Origin: a virus
Taxonomy: Duplodnaviria > Heunggongvirae > Uroviricota > Caudoviricetes
Length of the DNA: 64,000 nt
Virus record (IMG/VR): IMGVR_UViG_3300028327_000833
Location: 34,516-98,515 of that record
Direction: 5' to 3' (one strand)
How positions within the stretch are numbered: position 1 is the first letter of the stretch; every line of letters begins with the position of its first letter. The notes beneath the pieces are model-generated. The model made no database searches. It was not told where the DNA came from and saw nothing but the letters and a program-made list of their open reading frames with translations. Shown here one piece after another: positions 1-9,188 of this stretch. The position numbers were made by a program, and so were the translations under genes.

Positions 1-103
1 CCTCCTCTACTGCGGTACGCGCCTGAAGTCGGGGTTTTGTCTCACAGTATCTAAAGATACTGAAGATCCGCGCGGTTTCGCAAGGATTAAATAGCGCCTC
101 GAT

Positions 104-136
104 AAATTTCGGTTGCGAATGGCGTACTGTAGTAGA
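104..136 (+). promoter_or_regulatory. conserved intergenic motif copy 1 (AAATTTCGG-N-GAA-N-GCGTACTGTAGTAG), putative phage promoter
   Basis: core GCGTACTGTAGTAG at 122-135; same 14-mer recurs 8x, always intergenic, always + strand. Confidence 0.55.
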
Positions 137-265
137 TGGCCGTACCGATAGCGCGGTTGATTCCGAAGAAGATTCTGTATCGTCGATAGGCATGGAAGAA
201 GTCGCGCCCTTTTTGAGCGGCATTGCAATTAAACTAATCAACAAATATAATAAGGAGGCTGTAAA

Positions 266-544
266 ATGAACGAAGGCAAGAAAATCGAAATCGCCGGCGA
301 CGTCATCAGGGAGCTGCCGCCCGTCGCGCACACGGATTTCGAGACGATCTCCGTAACCGTGCACAAGAATTACGCCCGCAAACTCGGCAAGAGCATCTCG
401 AAGAACAAGTGCGAGACGCTCGCCGACGCTGTCAAAGCGAAAGAGTCGCTGGCGTTTCTGAAGTCGCTGAATGACGCAGGTCTCACGTGGGAGGAACTCG
501 AAGTCCCTGCAGAGATTCACAATTTCATACAGGCATATCTATAA
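266..544 (+). CDS. hypothetical protein (92 aa)
   Basis: ORF with AAGGAGG RBS 8 nt upstream of ATG. Confidence 0.5.
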   Translation: MNEGKKIEIAGDVIRELPPVAHTDFETISVTVHKNYARKLGKSISKNKCETLADAVKAKESLAFLKSLNDAGLTWEELEVPAEIHNFIQAYL

Positions 545-595
545 TCAAATTTATCGCTATATCTGAGGTCTAAGACGAAAAGTTGAGGGCAATTT

Positions 596-940
596 ATGGG
601 TCTTTATCATCCTGGTTGGTTAGATGACGGCGGTTCTTACAGCGAATATTCTAGTGCTTGTGACGAAGGCTTTGTTAGCGGCTATCTTAAAGGCTATAAA
701 GCCGCTCAAAACGGAGAACCTAATAAATACCAACATGTTCTTGATCGCAAGTTGGAGCGCGAAGAGCGCCGGCTCAAGTTTTTGCAGGAAGAGGCGGAAA
801 GACGCGCGAAGCAAGAAGCCGCGTGGAAAAAGGTAGTCTTAGAACACGGTTGTCGAGAGGCTACAAACAACCTTGGCGCGGCATGTCACGCCGTCCTTGA
901 GGAGAGTAAAAACCAATGTCAGCCTATTCCTGTCACATAG
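596..940 (+). CDS. hypothetical protein (114 aa), charged coiled-coil-like
   Basis: ORF; overlaps start of next gene by 25 nt. Confidence 0.4.
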   Translation: MGLYHPGWLDDGGSYSEYSSACDEGFVSGYLKGYKAAQNGEPNKYQHVLDRKLEREERRLKFLQEEAERRAKQEAAWKKVVLEHGCREATNNLGAACHAVLEESKNQCQPIPVT

Positions 941-2376
941 CCAAGCATCCCGCGTACCGTATGAAGATTACGGGCGACGCCGAACTGCTGGACTCGATTC
1001 ACGATTTTTTTCAAAGCGTGAAATTCGTCAAGCAGTGCCGCCGCATGTGGGGTCGTGTACAATGGCATACCGTCCGCGAAGACGTGAACCTTGTCGAGGG
1101 CGCGAAGTACGACCGGTTCAGACGCCGCACCGAATTGATCTGTCATCGTGGGTACTTCGCATACCTAATCTTGTTTTTGTACGATTTGAAGCGGAAGCAC
1201 GGAATTAAGTATAACACAGACATCGTCTACAAAGGCGAGATCAAACTCAGCCCGAAGTGGGCGGGGATTCTGCGGGATTATCAAGTCGAGGCGTTCGAGA
1301 AGATTACGAAGCTGAAGGGCGGGATTGTGCAACTTCAGACCGGCTCAGGGAAGACCGAAATTTTCACGGCGATTATAGACTCGTATTTGGAGAGTTATCC
1401 TCAACAATGCGCTCTAATCACCGTTCCGAAGAACGCGATTATGGATGAAGTCCTCGCGAGATTTGAACGGTATAATTTGAGCGGATATTTTGAGGGAGAT
1501 TCTCCGAAAGCGCGTGTGCTTAACCCGATGGGTTACGGGCGCAGCGGTATGTATCACGATAAAGCTATGGATAAGTGGTTAGCGAGAGTCGGGATAGTAA
1601 TTAGTGACGAATGCCACCACATTGTGGCGAACTCCTACAATAAGTTATATAACAAATGCGTCAATGCGGAATACTCCTACGGATTCTCCGCAACAGCGTC
1701 CACGAAACGTTTGGACGACACCTCGCGGTTTCGCGGGTTTCCGTACGAAGCCCAAGTCCGTATCGGGTTGACCGGGCCGGCGGCGGTGTTCAAATTCGCT
1801 AAAGATATGGGCAAAGAGTTAGACTACGTCGCCGTACACGGCAATTTCGGCAAGCCTGAAAAACGCGACGGCAAAGATTACGCCAAAATAGTGCATACGC
1901 TCTGCCACCGCCCGGCATTTTTGAACGCTGTGAAGACGATCGTCAATATGTGGGGCAACAAAGTCATATACATCCCGATCCCGTTTATTCAAGCAGGCGA
2001 GAGCATTTATAACTATCTATCCGCGCATAATATCGCGGCGATCCATTGGACTGGCGGATACTTATGCCAGCCGAAAGAACTTGACACTTTAGACAAAATA
2101 AAATCCGCAATCGACAGCGGTGAGTACCGTGTCTTAATATCGACGTCTACAAGCAACGAAGGCGTCGATATTTCAGGGCTTACCGCCGCGCTTCTTGTTT
2201 GCGGACGCGACCACAAGAATATCGTGCAGAGCGCCGGACGCGCGGGTCGCCGCGGCATTCCGACCGTCATAAACATGTATAATGAGGAATCACCGATTCT
2301 TTTGAATCAGGCTAAACAGCGGAACACTTGGATCCGTCTGAATTATAACGTCGAACCTAAAAAAATTGCAATATAG
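916..2376 (+). CDS. superfamily-2 DEAD/DEAH-box helicase
   Basis: Walker A LQTGSGKTEIF, DExH-like SDECHH, motif VI QSAGRAGRRG. Confidence 0.75.
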   Translation: MSAYSCHIAKHPAYRMKITGDAELLDSIHDFFQSVKFVKQCRRMWGRVQWHTVREDVNLVEGAKYDRFRRRTELICHRGYFAYLILFLYDLKRKHGIKYNTDIVYKGEIKLSPKWAGILRDYQVEAFEKITKLKGGIVQLQTGSGKTEIFTAIIDSYLESYPQQCALITVPKNAIMDEVLARFERYNLSGYFEGDSPKARVLNPMGYGRSGMYHDKAMDKWLARVGIVISDECHHIVANSYNKLYNKCVNAEYSYGFSATASTKRLDDTSRFRGFPYEAQVRIGLTGPAAVFKFAKDMGKELDYVAVHGNFGKPEKRDGKDYAKIVHTLCHRPAFLNAVKTIVNMWGNKVIYIPIPFIQAGESIYNYLSAHNIAAIHWTGGYLCQPKELDTLDKIKSAIDSGEYRVLISTSTSNEGVDISGLTAALLVCGRDHKNIVQSAGRAGRRGIPTVINMYNEESPILLNQAKQRNTWIRLNYNVEPKKIAI

Positions 2377-2557
2377 GAGGAATTATGCACAAGGTCGAAA
2401 CTCGTGTTGAAGTAAAAACTTGTATTGATTGTTTTTATTTAAACCGCGAATATCGCCCGGATTTTAATGAGCGCGGCGAATTACTGATCGGTTGCAACGT
2501 GTACGGTGCTCAGTATGAATTTCAATTTGCAGATCAATGTAACGGTTTCGGGGAGGC

Positions 2558-3869
2558 TTGAATGTCATGGACGTTTTCAAAAGCGCTGATGGAGAGCTAC
2601 GTGAACTCGCGCTGTTCGCGGGCGGAGGCGGCGGCATCCTCGGAGGAATCCTCTGCGGTTTCCGCACAGTATGCGCGGTTGAGGTCGATGCTTACTGCCG
2701 CGCTGTACTGTGCGCCCGACAAAATCAAGGAATACTCCCGCCTTTCCCGCTATGGGACGACATCCGCACCTTTGACGGACGCCCGTGGCGAGACGGTGTT
2801 GACGTGGTTTCTGCAGGATTCCCGTGCGTTGACATCAGTACAGCGAATCCGAAAGGCCGCGGACTCGCTGGAGAGAAGAGCGGATTATGGTTCGAGGCTC
2901 GGAGAGTTATCGGCGAAGTACGACCGCGATTCGTCGTCATTGAAAACAGCCCCAACATCGTTAATAAAGGCGGCGTCCGGGTTATTGCAGACCTTGCCGA
3001 AATGGGGTATGACGCGCAATGGGGAATTGTTTCGGCTGCCGACGCCGGAGCGCCTCACATCAGGAAGCGGTGGTGGTGCTTGGCCTACCCCCGACGCGAA
3101 GGGGTTTGTCGGGACGGGGGCGCTGAAAATGCTTGCGGAGAAAGCCTGCGACCGCGAGGAGTGGCTGGGGATGGCGACGCGGTCGGCGGTGTCGCGGAGG
3201 GAAGCCGTGTGGCCGACGCCTACGGTCAGAGAGTCGGAACCCCATGACGCTAAACTGACGCCGAACGGTCGGCGCATATCGAAAGACGGTAAGAGCGGCC
3301 ACAGTCTTAACCTTGCCGACACGGTAAGAATCGCCGAATCGCAAAATACGCTGTGGCCGACGCCTAACGTGCACGGGTTTACGAACGAAGGCTCCTTGAA
3401 AAAGCTAGCAAATGCGGTTGCTGACAAAGCGGAATACTCCGCGATGGCGTACCGCGCTGGTGCGAACATGAAAGACCGCCTCTGGCCGACACCGATGGCC
3501 AACGACGCGAAGAACCGCGCTAACGAAGGGCAGTTTAACCGCGTAACGGTGCCGCTGAATTGCGTAGTTGCTGAAAAACGCGGCGACGCGCTGAATCCTG
3601 ATTGGACAGAGTGGCTGATGGGATGGCCGTTGCATTGGACGCATTTATCGTCCGCAGACGCGCCGCGATACTTCGAGTGCTGGGAACAGCAGATGAAACG
3701 CGGCGAATGGTGGGACGCAGACCCGTCCGAGTCCGCTTTATGCGGAAGCATAATCCCGCGCGTTACGAACGATTCCACGAACCGTTGCAACAGGATCAGG
3801 CTTCTAGGCAACGGGCAGGTTCCGAAAGCCTTAGAGTTGTTCTGGAGATTGATGACTGACCATACCTAA
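2558..3869 (+). CDS. DNA (cytosine-5)-methyltransferase, split over two frames (frame A 2558-3247 carries motifs I/IV/VI/VIII; frame B continues from about 3088 to 3869 with motif X)
   Basis: LFAGGGG (motif I), GFPCVDIS (motif IV PC), VVIENSPN (ENV), APHIRKRWWCLAY (QxRxR) in frame A; RLLGNGQVPKALELFW (motif X) in frame B; frames join at the run of five C's, ~3090-3094. Confidence 0.65.
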
Positions 3870-3870
3870 T

Positions 3871-3903
3871 ATTTTTTCGTTGCAAAATGCGTACTGTAGT
3901 AGA
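3871..3903 (+). promoter_or_regulatory. conserved intergenic motif copy 2
   Basis: core GCGTACTGTAGTAG at 3889-3902 preceded by TTTTCGTTGCAAAAT. Confidence 0.55.
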
Positions 3904-3940
3904 TAGGGCAGGAAAAACGCATAATTTACGGAGATACCGA

Positions 3941-4324
3941 ATGAAGAACAAAATATTCGTCCCAGGTCAGAAGCATTCCGCGCCGAAGATCCGCGTCCCT
4001 CAGCCGGGCGACATAATTCCGTTTCGTCCCGCGCTTTCCGCGGCGAAGACCCTCGAAGACGAGGGCGAGATCAAGGAGCCGATGCTGATGATTCAGATGG
4101 CTTGCGGCTGCCGCACTCTCGCGGGAAGAAAGAAATGCACGTGCTTCGTCGCGGACGAGACTGACGCGGACTTCGGCGATTGCGCGGGGCTGCTGAATCC
4201 GCAGACGGGCGAGCGCGACGGGCTGTGCTGGAGCGGAAACGCCCTGTTCCAGTGGGCGCTGAAAGTGACGGAGATTGCGAAAAACGCCAAAGAGAAGGCG
4301 GATCGGCAGAAAGGCGACGCATAA
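3941..4324 (+). CDS. hypothetical Cys-rich protein (127 aa)
   Basis: ORF; ATG at 3941 downstream of motif, upstream ATG of track ORF lies inside the motif. Confidence 0.45.
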   Translation: MKNKIFVPGQKHSAPKIRVPQPGDIIPFRPALSAAKTLEDEGEIKEPMLMIQMACGCRTLAGRKKCTCFVADETDADFGDCAGLLNPQTGERDGLCWSGNALFQWALKVTEIAKNAKEKADRQKGDA

Positions 4325-4443
4325 TGTCGTATATGTGCGAAGTTTGCGGCAGGTCGAAGAAGAAAATCGACATTGCCGTACTGTTTCGCTATGAACCCGC
4401 CAGCTACCCTAAAGGGCGGCGGTTTTTTCGCGAAAGCTTATAA
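4324..4443 (+). CDS. small Zn-ribbon-like ORF (39 aa)
   Basis: MSYMCEVCGRSKKK; ATGA overlap with preceding stop. Confidence 0.3.
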   Translation: MSYMCEVCGRSKKKIDIAVLFRYEPASYPKGRRFFRESL

Positions 4444-4541
4444 ACAATCTCACAAGCGGAGGCTGTTGTGATTAACCCGTCCGAAGCTATACCGAATGAC
4501 GGAGTTGAATTGCCTGATACTTCTGCAAGCATTATGGCGAA

Positions 4542-5826
4542 GTATTTAATACATTTATAGGTTTTATTATCAAATATTGTTTTTTGTTATCAAATGTGTT
4601 ATCTTTGAGTTATGAAACTATCTAATTATGCTAAAAATCTCGGAATCTCTTAAAGGAACTTGAAAAATGAAGTTCAACAGAAGCGTCAAATGCCATTTCT
4701 CGAAGTGGATAACCGGAAGCAAGTCTGACCGTATAAAAGACTTGCTTTCTGAATATGACGCCGTAGCGACTTCGGCTATCGACGCTGTAAAAAGCCGTAT
4801 AGAAGACGGCGACTCTAAGTTCGACGTCTTTAAAAATTATAAAGTATCTGAAACGTGGCTGACAGCTAGAGCGAAACAAGTCGTTTTAGCTGAAACCTAC
4901 GGTATGGTAGACGGCCAGATTAAAAGTTGCAAAGAGTTAAAACAGCCGTATACGAAACCTAAACACTGCAAAACAAAAGCCGTTTTGTCGAGTCAGCTGG
5001 TATCTGTAAACCTTAACCCTGATTTAGAAGACTTTGATCTTCTAGTAGAGTTAAAATGTTTCGATAGCAGAAGGAAAGCGGTTAAAATAGCGATACCCTT
5101 GAAAAAGAACCGTTGTTTTGAAAAATGGAACTCTAAAGGCAAACTTTCAAGTTCCGTTATTTTAACGGATAAATATATCCAGTTTTCTTTTGAGGCTGAC
5201 GTCCCTAAGAAAACGGAAGGCGGCATTATAGGCTTAGACCCCGGAGCCACGAATCTTTTAACCTCTGACGAGGGCGTTGTTTACGGCGACCGGATAAAGC
5301 CGCTTTTACAGAAACTGAGACGTAAAAAACGCAATTCCAGATCTTGGAAGAAATGCAAAAAAGAAATTAAATACTATATCTCTAAAACATGTAAAGAGTT
5401 GCCTTTTAAGGAGACTAAATTAATTTGTATTGAAAATAACAGGGGTATTAAAAGGAACAGCAAAGTTAAAGGACGCTTAACTAAAAGTATGCGTTCAGTT
5501 CTCGACGGCTGGACAAGCGGGTTGCTGGACAGCAGGGTAGAAATGCTCTCGGAGGAAAACGGTGTTTCCCTCAGACGGGTGCCTGCTTTCCACAACTCCA
5601 CTACTTGTCCGGTCTGTGGTCACGTCGAGAAGGGGAACCGGTTAAGTCAAGAGGCGTTCAGGTGTCTGTCTTGTGACTATGCAGACAAAGCCGATACGGT
5701 CGGCGCCTTGAACACCCTTGGCCGCTTCTCCCTCGGAAAATATGGTTCCGGGTTCAAAACCGATTTTGTTAAAAAACATGGAGGCTACTATGCCTGCAAG
5801 ATTTGATAATAAAAGAGGTAACTATG
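4542..5826 (+). mobile_element. IS607-family derivative, copy 1 (tnpA deleted, tnpB intact)
   Basis: conserved left end GTATTTAATACATTTATAGGTTTTATTATC... and right end ...GCCTGCAAGATTTGATAATAAAAGAGGTAACTATG shared with copies at 7900 and 29279; 13-aa TnpA remnant MKLSNYAKNLGIS* at 4612-4653. Confidence 0.7.
4667..5806 (+). CDS. tnpB: TnpB (IS605 OrfB-family RuvC-like RNA-guided nuclease), 379 aa
   Basis: RuvC-I GLDPGATN, RuvC-II LICIENN, Zn finger CPVCGH...CLSC, RuvC-III YADKADTVGALN. Confidence 0.85.
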   Translation: MKFNRSVKCHFSKWITGSKSDRIKDLLSEYDAVATSAIDAVKSRIEDGDSKFDVFKNYKVSETWLTARAKQVVLAETYGMVDGQIKSCKELKQPYTKPKHCKTKAVLSSQLVSVNLNPDLEDFDLLVELKCFDSRRKAVKIAIPLKKNRCFEKWNSKGKLSSSVILTDKYIQFSFEADVPKKTEGGIIGLDPGATNLLTSDEGVVYGDRIKPLLQKLRRKKRNSRSWKKCKKEIKYYISKTCKELPFKETKLICIENNRGIKRNSKVKGRLTKSMRSVLDGWTSGLLDSRVEMLSEENGVSLRRVPAFHNSTTCPVCGHVEKGNRLSQEAFRCLSCDYADKADTVGALNTLGRFSLGKYGSGFKTDFVKKHGGYYACKI

Positions 5827-5843
5827 CTCAAATTTTACGTGAA

Positions 5844-6680
5844 ATGGGCATTTCAGAGGTATCCGCGGATGTACCGTTCACGCAAGCTAACGCCTATACG
5901 CTCGCAATGTGTATGGATAGGGTTAAGAGATCCGCGGACGCCGACCCGAAGAACGTGCATCTACGCCCGGATTGCATTGATTTAATGGCGGCCTTTTTTG
6001 ACGTAAATCCGAACCGTTATCTGGTGTCGCATCAATACGTTCAAAAAAGCCCTAGCCCCGTCTATGCCCGCAAAGGCGGCAAGCTTGCAAGTTACGAGTC
6101 CGCTCCTATAACTACGTATGGGGTCAGTCTCAAACACGCTAAAGATGTAACCGATTGTTTGGCGCGGCAGTACGGGCATTCAGGTTTTCAGCGGCAACTC
6201 GCAGACGACTCCGCAATGGAACTTGTCTACGCTTGCGCCGGTCTTGAATATAAAGTTGTTGTAGACGAGATGGTAAAGACAAGTCATGCGCGTAAAGAAC
6301 CCAAATCTAATCATCTCGCCTATGCGTTAGGCAGCGTAGACGCCGAATTTTTGCGCGCAGGCAGGGTTACTGCGAACCGTTACGTTATAAACCCCGGTTC
6401 CTTGCAACACTTCCTATCTTTACCGGGATTTGTTTTAAATACCGTGAGGTTCGGTTATGTTAAATGCGGAGAGTTTTTAAAACGCCCGGTGCTCGTTTCC
6501 GAGCACGTTCCTGAAGACGAAATCATCTGCACCTGCGCAGATACGGCAAGCCCGTTCGGATACCCGATTATCGTATCCTACGAGTGTCCTTTGACAGCGA
6601 CGGACTGCGGACATACCGCGATAGCTTGCGGTGTAAAAGTAGCGTTACCGGAACTCATTCAGAAAGTCGTGCTGAAATGA
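5844..6680 (+). CDS. hypothetical protein (start chosen after IS right end; track ORF 5718-6680 reads through IS end)
   Basis: long ORF; N-terminal extension MPARFDNKRGNY is encoded by the IS right end and is therefore not native. Confidence 0.4.
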   Translation: MGISEVSADVPFTQANAYTLAMCMDRVKRSADADPKNVHLRPDCIDLMAAFFDVNPNRYLVSHQYVQKSPSPVYARKGGKLASYESAPITTYGVSLKHAKDVTDCLARQYGHSGFQRQLADDSAMELVYACAGLEYKVVVDEMVKTSHARKEPKSNHLAYALGSVDAEFLRAGRVTANRYVINPGSLQHFLSLPGFVLNTVRFGYVKCGEFLKRPVLVSEHVPEDEIICTCADTASPFGYPIIVSYECPLTATDCGHTAIACGVKVALPELIQKVVLK

Positions 6681-6838
6681 GCGGCGAGGAGAAAGATTGC
6701 GTCTGCCAGACCTGCATGTGGCTTGCGTGGTTTGAGGGCGTGTGCTGCAACGGCGATTCGGAACACCGCGGCGGATGGCCGCCGTCCTGGCTGACCGAAT
6801 GCGAACACTTTACCGAGAAGACAGAGGATCAAAAATGA
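6677..6838 (+). CDS. small Cys-rich protein (53 aa)
   Basis: CVCQTCMWLAWFEGVCCNGDSEHRGGWPPSWLTECEH; ATGA coupling to upstream stop. Confidence 0.3.
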   Translation: MSGEEKDCVCQTCMWLAWFEGVCCNGDSEHRGGWPPSWLTECEHFTEKTEDQK

Positions 6839-6855
6839 AATACCGTGAACCAAAA

Positions 6856-7134
6856 GGAGGTTATATGTCTCACGAAAAAGCAACTAAAATCGCTGAGATT
6901 GCAAGGTCGCAGATTCAAGAAAAGTTCGACGCACTGTGCAAGACTACTGAAGGCGTCACAAAAGAAAACTTTGACTATTTCGCGTTTCAGGCGCTACTCC
7001 AAGCTGATCCAAAGGCCTTTAAAGATTTTTGGGAAGCGGTTGAAGAAGACGGGCGCAGCAGGAGTCTGTTTGAAATTAATTGTTTATGGGCTGAAGCATT
7101 ACAAATTAAAAAACCTGAATGGGCGACAATATGA
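6856..7134 (+). CDS. hypothetical protein (92 aa)
   Basis: AAAAGGAGG RBS then ATG at 6856. Confidence 0.4.
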   Translation, partial: GGYMSHEKATKIAEIARSQIQEKFDALCKTTEGVTKENFDYFAFQALLQADPKAFKDFWEAVEEDGRSRSLFEINCLWAEALQIKKPEWATI

Positions 7135-7784
7135 CACTTTCTAAGGATTGGTCAGGCAACAAGACGACTGTATTTTCGACAATAGGGTCTAGTAGCCATT
7201 CGGATCGGGAGAGGGCTGAGCGCGACCTATATACGACAAATCAGGTAGATTTCGTCAGATTTATCAAAGCGTTACGGAGGGACGGCATCCAAATTCAAGG
7301 GCCTGTGTGGGAGTGCGCTTCTGGGTGCCACCATCTTGTAGAGGTCTTAGAACGGCTCGGCTATGAGGTGGTGTCCACGGATATAGAAGATCGTTCAGAA
7401 TGGCCTGAGTTTAGAAAAACTAAAGCGAAGTTGCAGAAGATCGATGTGCTGGAGACTACAGGCGTTGATTTGATTAAGTGGGATGTGCGAAGCGTTATCA
7501 CGAATCCGCCCTACAGCATCGCCGACCAATTCGTATCTCACATTATGCCGATGTTGCAGGATAAGCAATATTTAATGCTTTTGCTTAGGATTCAATGGCT
7601 TGAGAGTAAGAAGCGGTACGCGCTCTTTAAGAAGCATAATTATAAGTATGTATATGTATACGTTAGTAGGGCAAATTGTTATAGGAATGCGCAAACTAAA
7701 GACGACGGTGGGGCGATCTGCTTTGCTTGGTTTATTTATGAAAAGGGATACACCGGGGACACAGTCGTGAGATTCATAGAATAG
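7131..7784 (+). CDS. putative DNA N6-adenine methyltransferase (NPPY motif)
   Basis: VITNPPYSIADQF motif IV; candidate SAM site VWECASGCHHL upstream. Confidence 0.5.
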   Translation: MTLSKDWSGNKTTVFSTIGSSSHSDRERAERDLYTTNQVDFVRFIKALRRDGIQIQGPVWECASGCHHLVEVLERLGYEVVSTDIEDRSEWPEFRKTKAKLQKIDVLETTGVDLIKWDVRSVITNPPYSIADQFVSHIMPMLQDKQYLMLLLRIQWLESKKRYALFKKHNYKYVYVYVSRANCYRNAQTKDDGGAICFAWFIYEKGYTGDTVVRFIE

Positions 7785-7899
7785 GAGGCGATATGCGGAA
7801 GAACTTATGCAATTACACCGCAGTCGATTATGACGGCGTCACGTTCAAGGACTACGCATTCTGCGAGGGCAAGACTGCGGAGGCTAGGATTCTGTGCAA

Positions 7900-9184
7900 G
7901 TATTTAATGCATTTATAGGTTTTATTATCAAATATTGTTTTTTGTTATCGAATGTGTTAGCTTTGAGTTATGAAACTATACAGTCGGGCTAAAATTTTTA
8001 GACTCTCTTAAAGGAACTTGAAAAATGAAGTTCAACAGAAGCGTCAAATGTCATTTCTCGAAGTGGATAACCGGAAGCAAGTCTGACCGTATAAAAGACT
8101 TGCTTTCTGAGTATGACGCCGTAGCGACTTCGGCTATCGACGCTGTAAAAAACCGTATAGAAGACGGCGACACGAAGTTCGACGTCTTTAAAAATTACAA
8201 AGTACCGGAAACGTGGCTGACAGCTAGAGCGAAACAAGTCGTTTTAGCTGAAACCTACGGTATGGTAGACGGCCAGATTAAAAGTTGCAAAGAGTTAAAA
8301 CAGCCGTATACGAAACCTAAACACTGCAAAACAAAAGCCGTTTTGTCGAGTCAGCTGTTGTCTGTAAATCTTAACCCTCAATTAGAAGCGTTCGATCTTC
8401 TAGTGGAGTTAAAATGTTTCGATAGCAGACAGCGGGCGGTTAAAATAGCGGTACCTTTGAAAAAGAACCGCTGTTTTGAAAAATGGAACACTAAAGGCAA
8501 ACTCTCAAGTTCCGTTATTTTAACAGACAAATACATCCAGTTTTCTTTTGAGGCTGACGTCCCTAAGAAAACGGAAGGTGATATTATAGGTTTAGACCCC
8601 GGAGCCACGAACCTTTTAACCTCTGACGAGGGCGTTGTTTACGGCGACCTGATAAAGCCGCTTTTACAGAAACTGAAACGGAAAAAACGCAACTCAAGGT
8701 CGTGGAAAAAGTGTAAAAAAGAAATTAAATATTACGTCTCTAAAACATGTAAAGAATTGCCTTTTAAGGAGACTAAATTAATCTGTATTGAAAATAACAA
8801 GGGTATTAAACGGAACAGCAAAGTTAAAGGGCGCTTAACTAAAAATATGCGTTCAGTTCTCGACGGCTGGACAAGCGGGTTGCTGGACAGCAGGGTAGAA
8901 ATGCTTGCTGAAGAAAACGGTGTTTCCTTACGGCGGGTACCTGCTTTCCACAACTCTACTACTTGTCCGGTCTGCGGTCACGTTGAGAAGGGGAACCGGT
9001 TAAGTCAAGAGGCGTTCAGGTGTCTGTCTTGTGGCTATGCAGACAAAGCCGATATGGTCGGCGCCTTGAACACCCTTGGCCGCTTCTCCCTCGGAAAATA
9101 TGGTTCCGGGTTCAAAACCGATTTTGTTAAAAAACATGGAGGCTACTATGCCTGCAAGATTTGATAATAAAAGAGGTAACTATG
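7900..9184 (+). mobile_element. IS607-family derivative, copy 2 (tnpA deleted, tnpB intact)
   Basis: same ends and same tnpA deletion junction (..CTCTTAAAGGAACTTGAAAAATG) as copy 1. Confidence 0.7.
8025..9164 (+). CDS. tnpB: TnpB, 379 aa
   Basis: about 95% aa identity to 4667-5806; all RuvC and Zn-finger motifs intact. Confidence 0.85.
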   Translation: MKFNRSVKCHFSKWITGSKSDRIKDLLSEYDAVATSAIDAVKNRIEDGDTKFDVFKNYKVPETWLTARAKQVVLAETYGMVDGQIKSCKELKQPYTKPKHCKTKAVLSSQLLSVNLNPQLEAFDLLVELKCFDSRQRAVKIAVPLKKNRCFEKWNTKGKLSSSVILTDKYIQFSFEADVPKKTEGDIIGLDPGATNLLTSDEGVVYGDLIKPLLQKLKRKKRNSRSWKKCKKEIKYYVSKTCKELPFKETKLICIENNKGIKRNSKVKGRLTKNMRSVLDGWTSGLLDSRVEMLAEENGVSLRRVPAFHNSTTCPVCGHVEKGNRLSQEAFRCLSCGYADKADMVGALNTLGRFSLGKYGSGFKTDFVKKHGGYYACKI

Positions 9185-9188
9185 GCGA

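Noticed and set aside
104-136. Reading the recurrent motif as a sigma-70 promoter (-35 TTGCGA / -10 TAGTAG)
   Set aside because: Spacing between the TTGC-like hexamer and TAGTAG is about 11 nt, and several copies lack any TTG element. The motif is kept as a promoter candidate but not as a canonical sigma-70 site.
2885-3811. Long - strand ORFs embedded in + strand genes (for example 2885-3811, 9446-10066, 15185-16114, 20455-21375, 23355-24224, 61347-61904, 57392-58105)
   Set aside because: They lie antisense to motif-bearing genes, have Arg/Pro/Ala-rich low-complexity translations typical of spurious ORFs in GC-rich coding DNA, and lack RBSs.
5718-5843. N-terminal extension of ORF 5718-6680 (and 30952-31272, 31037-31057) reading through the IS right end
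   Set aside because: The extension is encoded by conserved IS sequence present in all three copies. The native start is downstream of the element.
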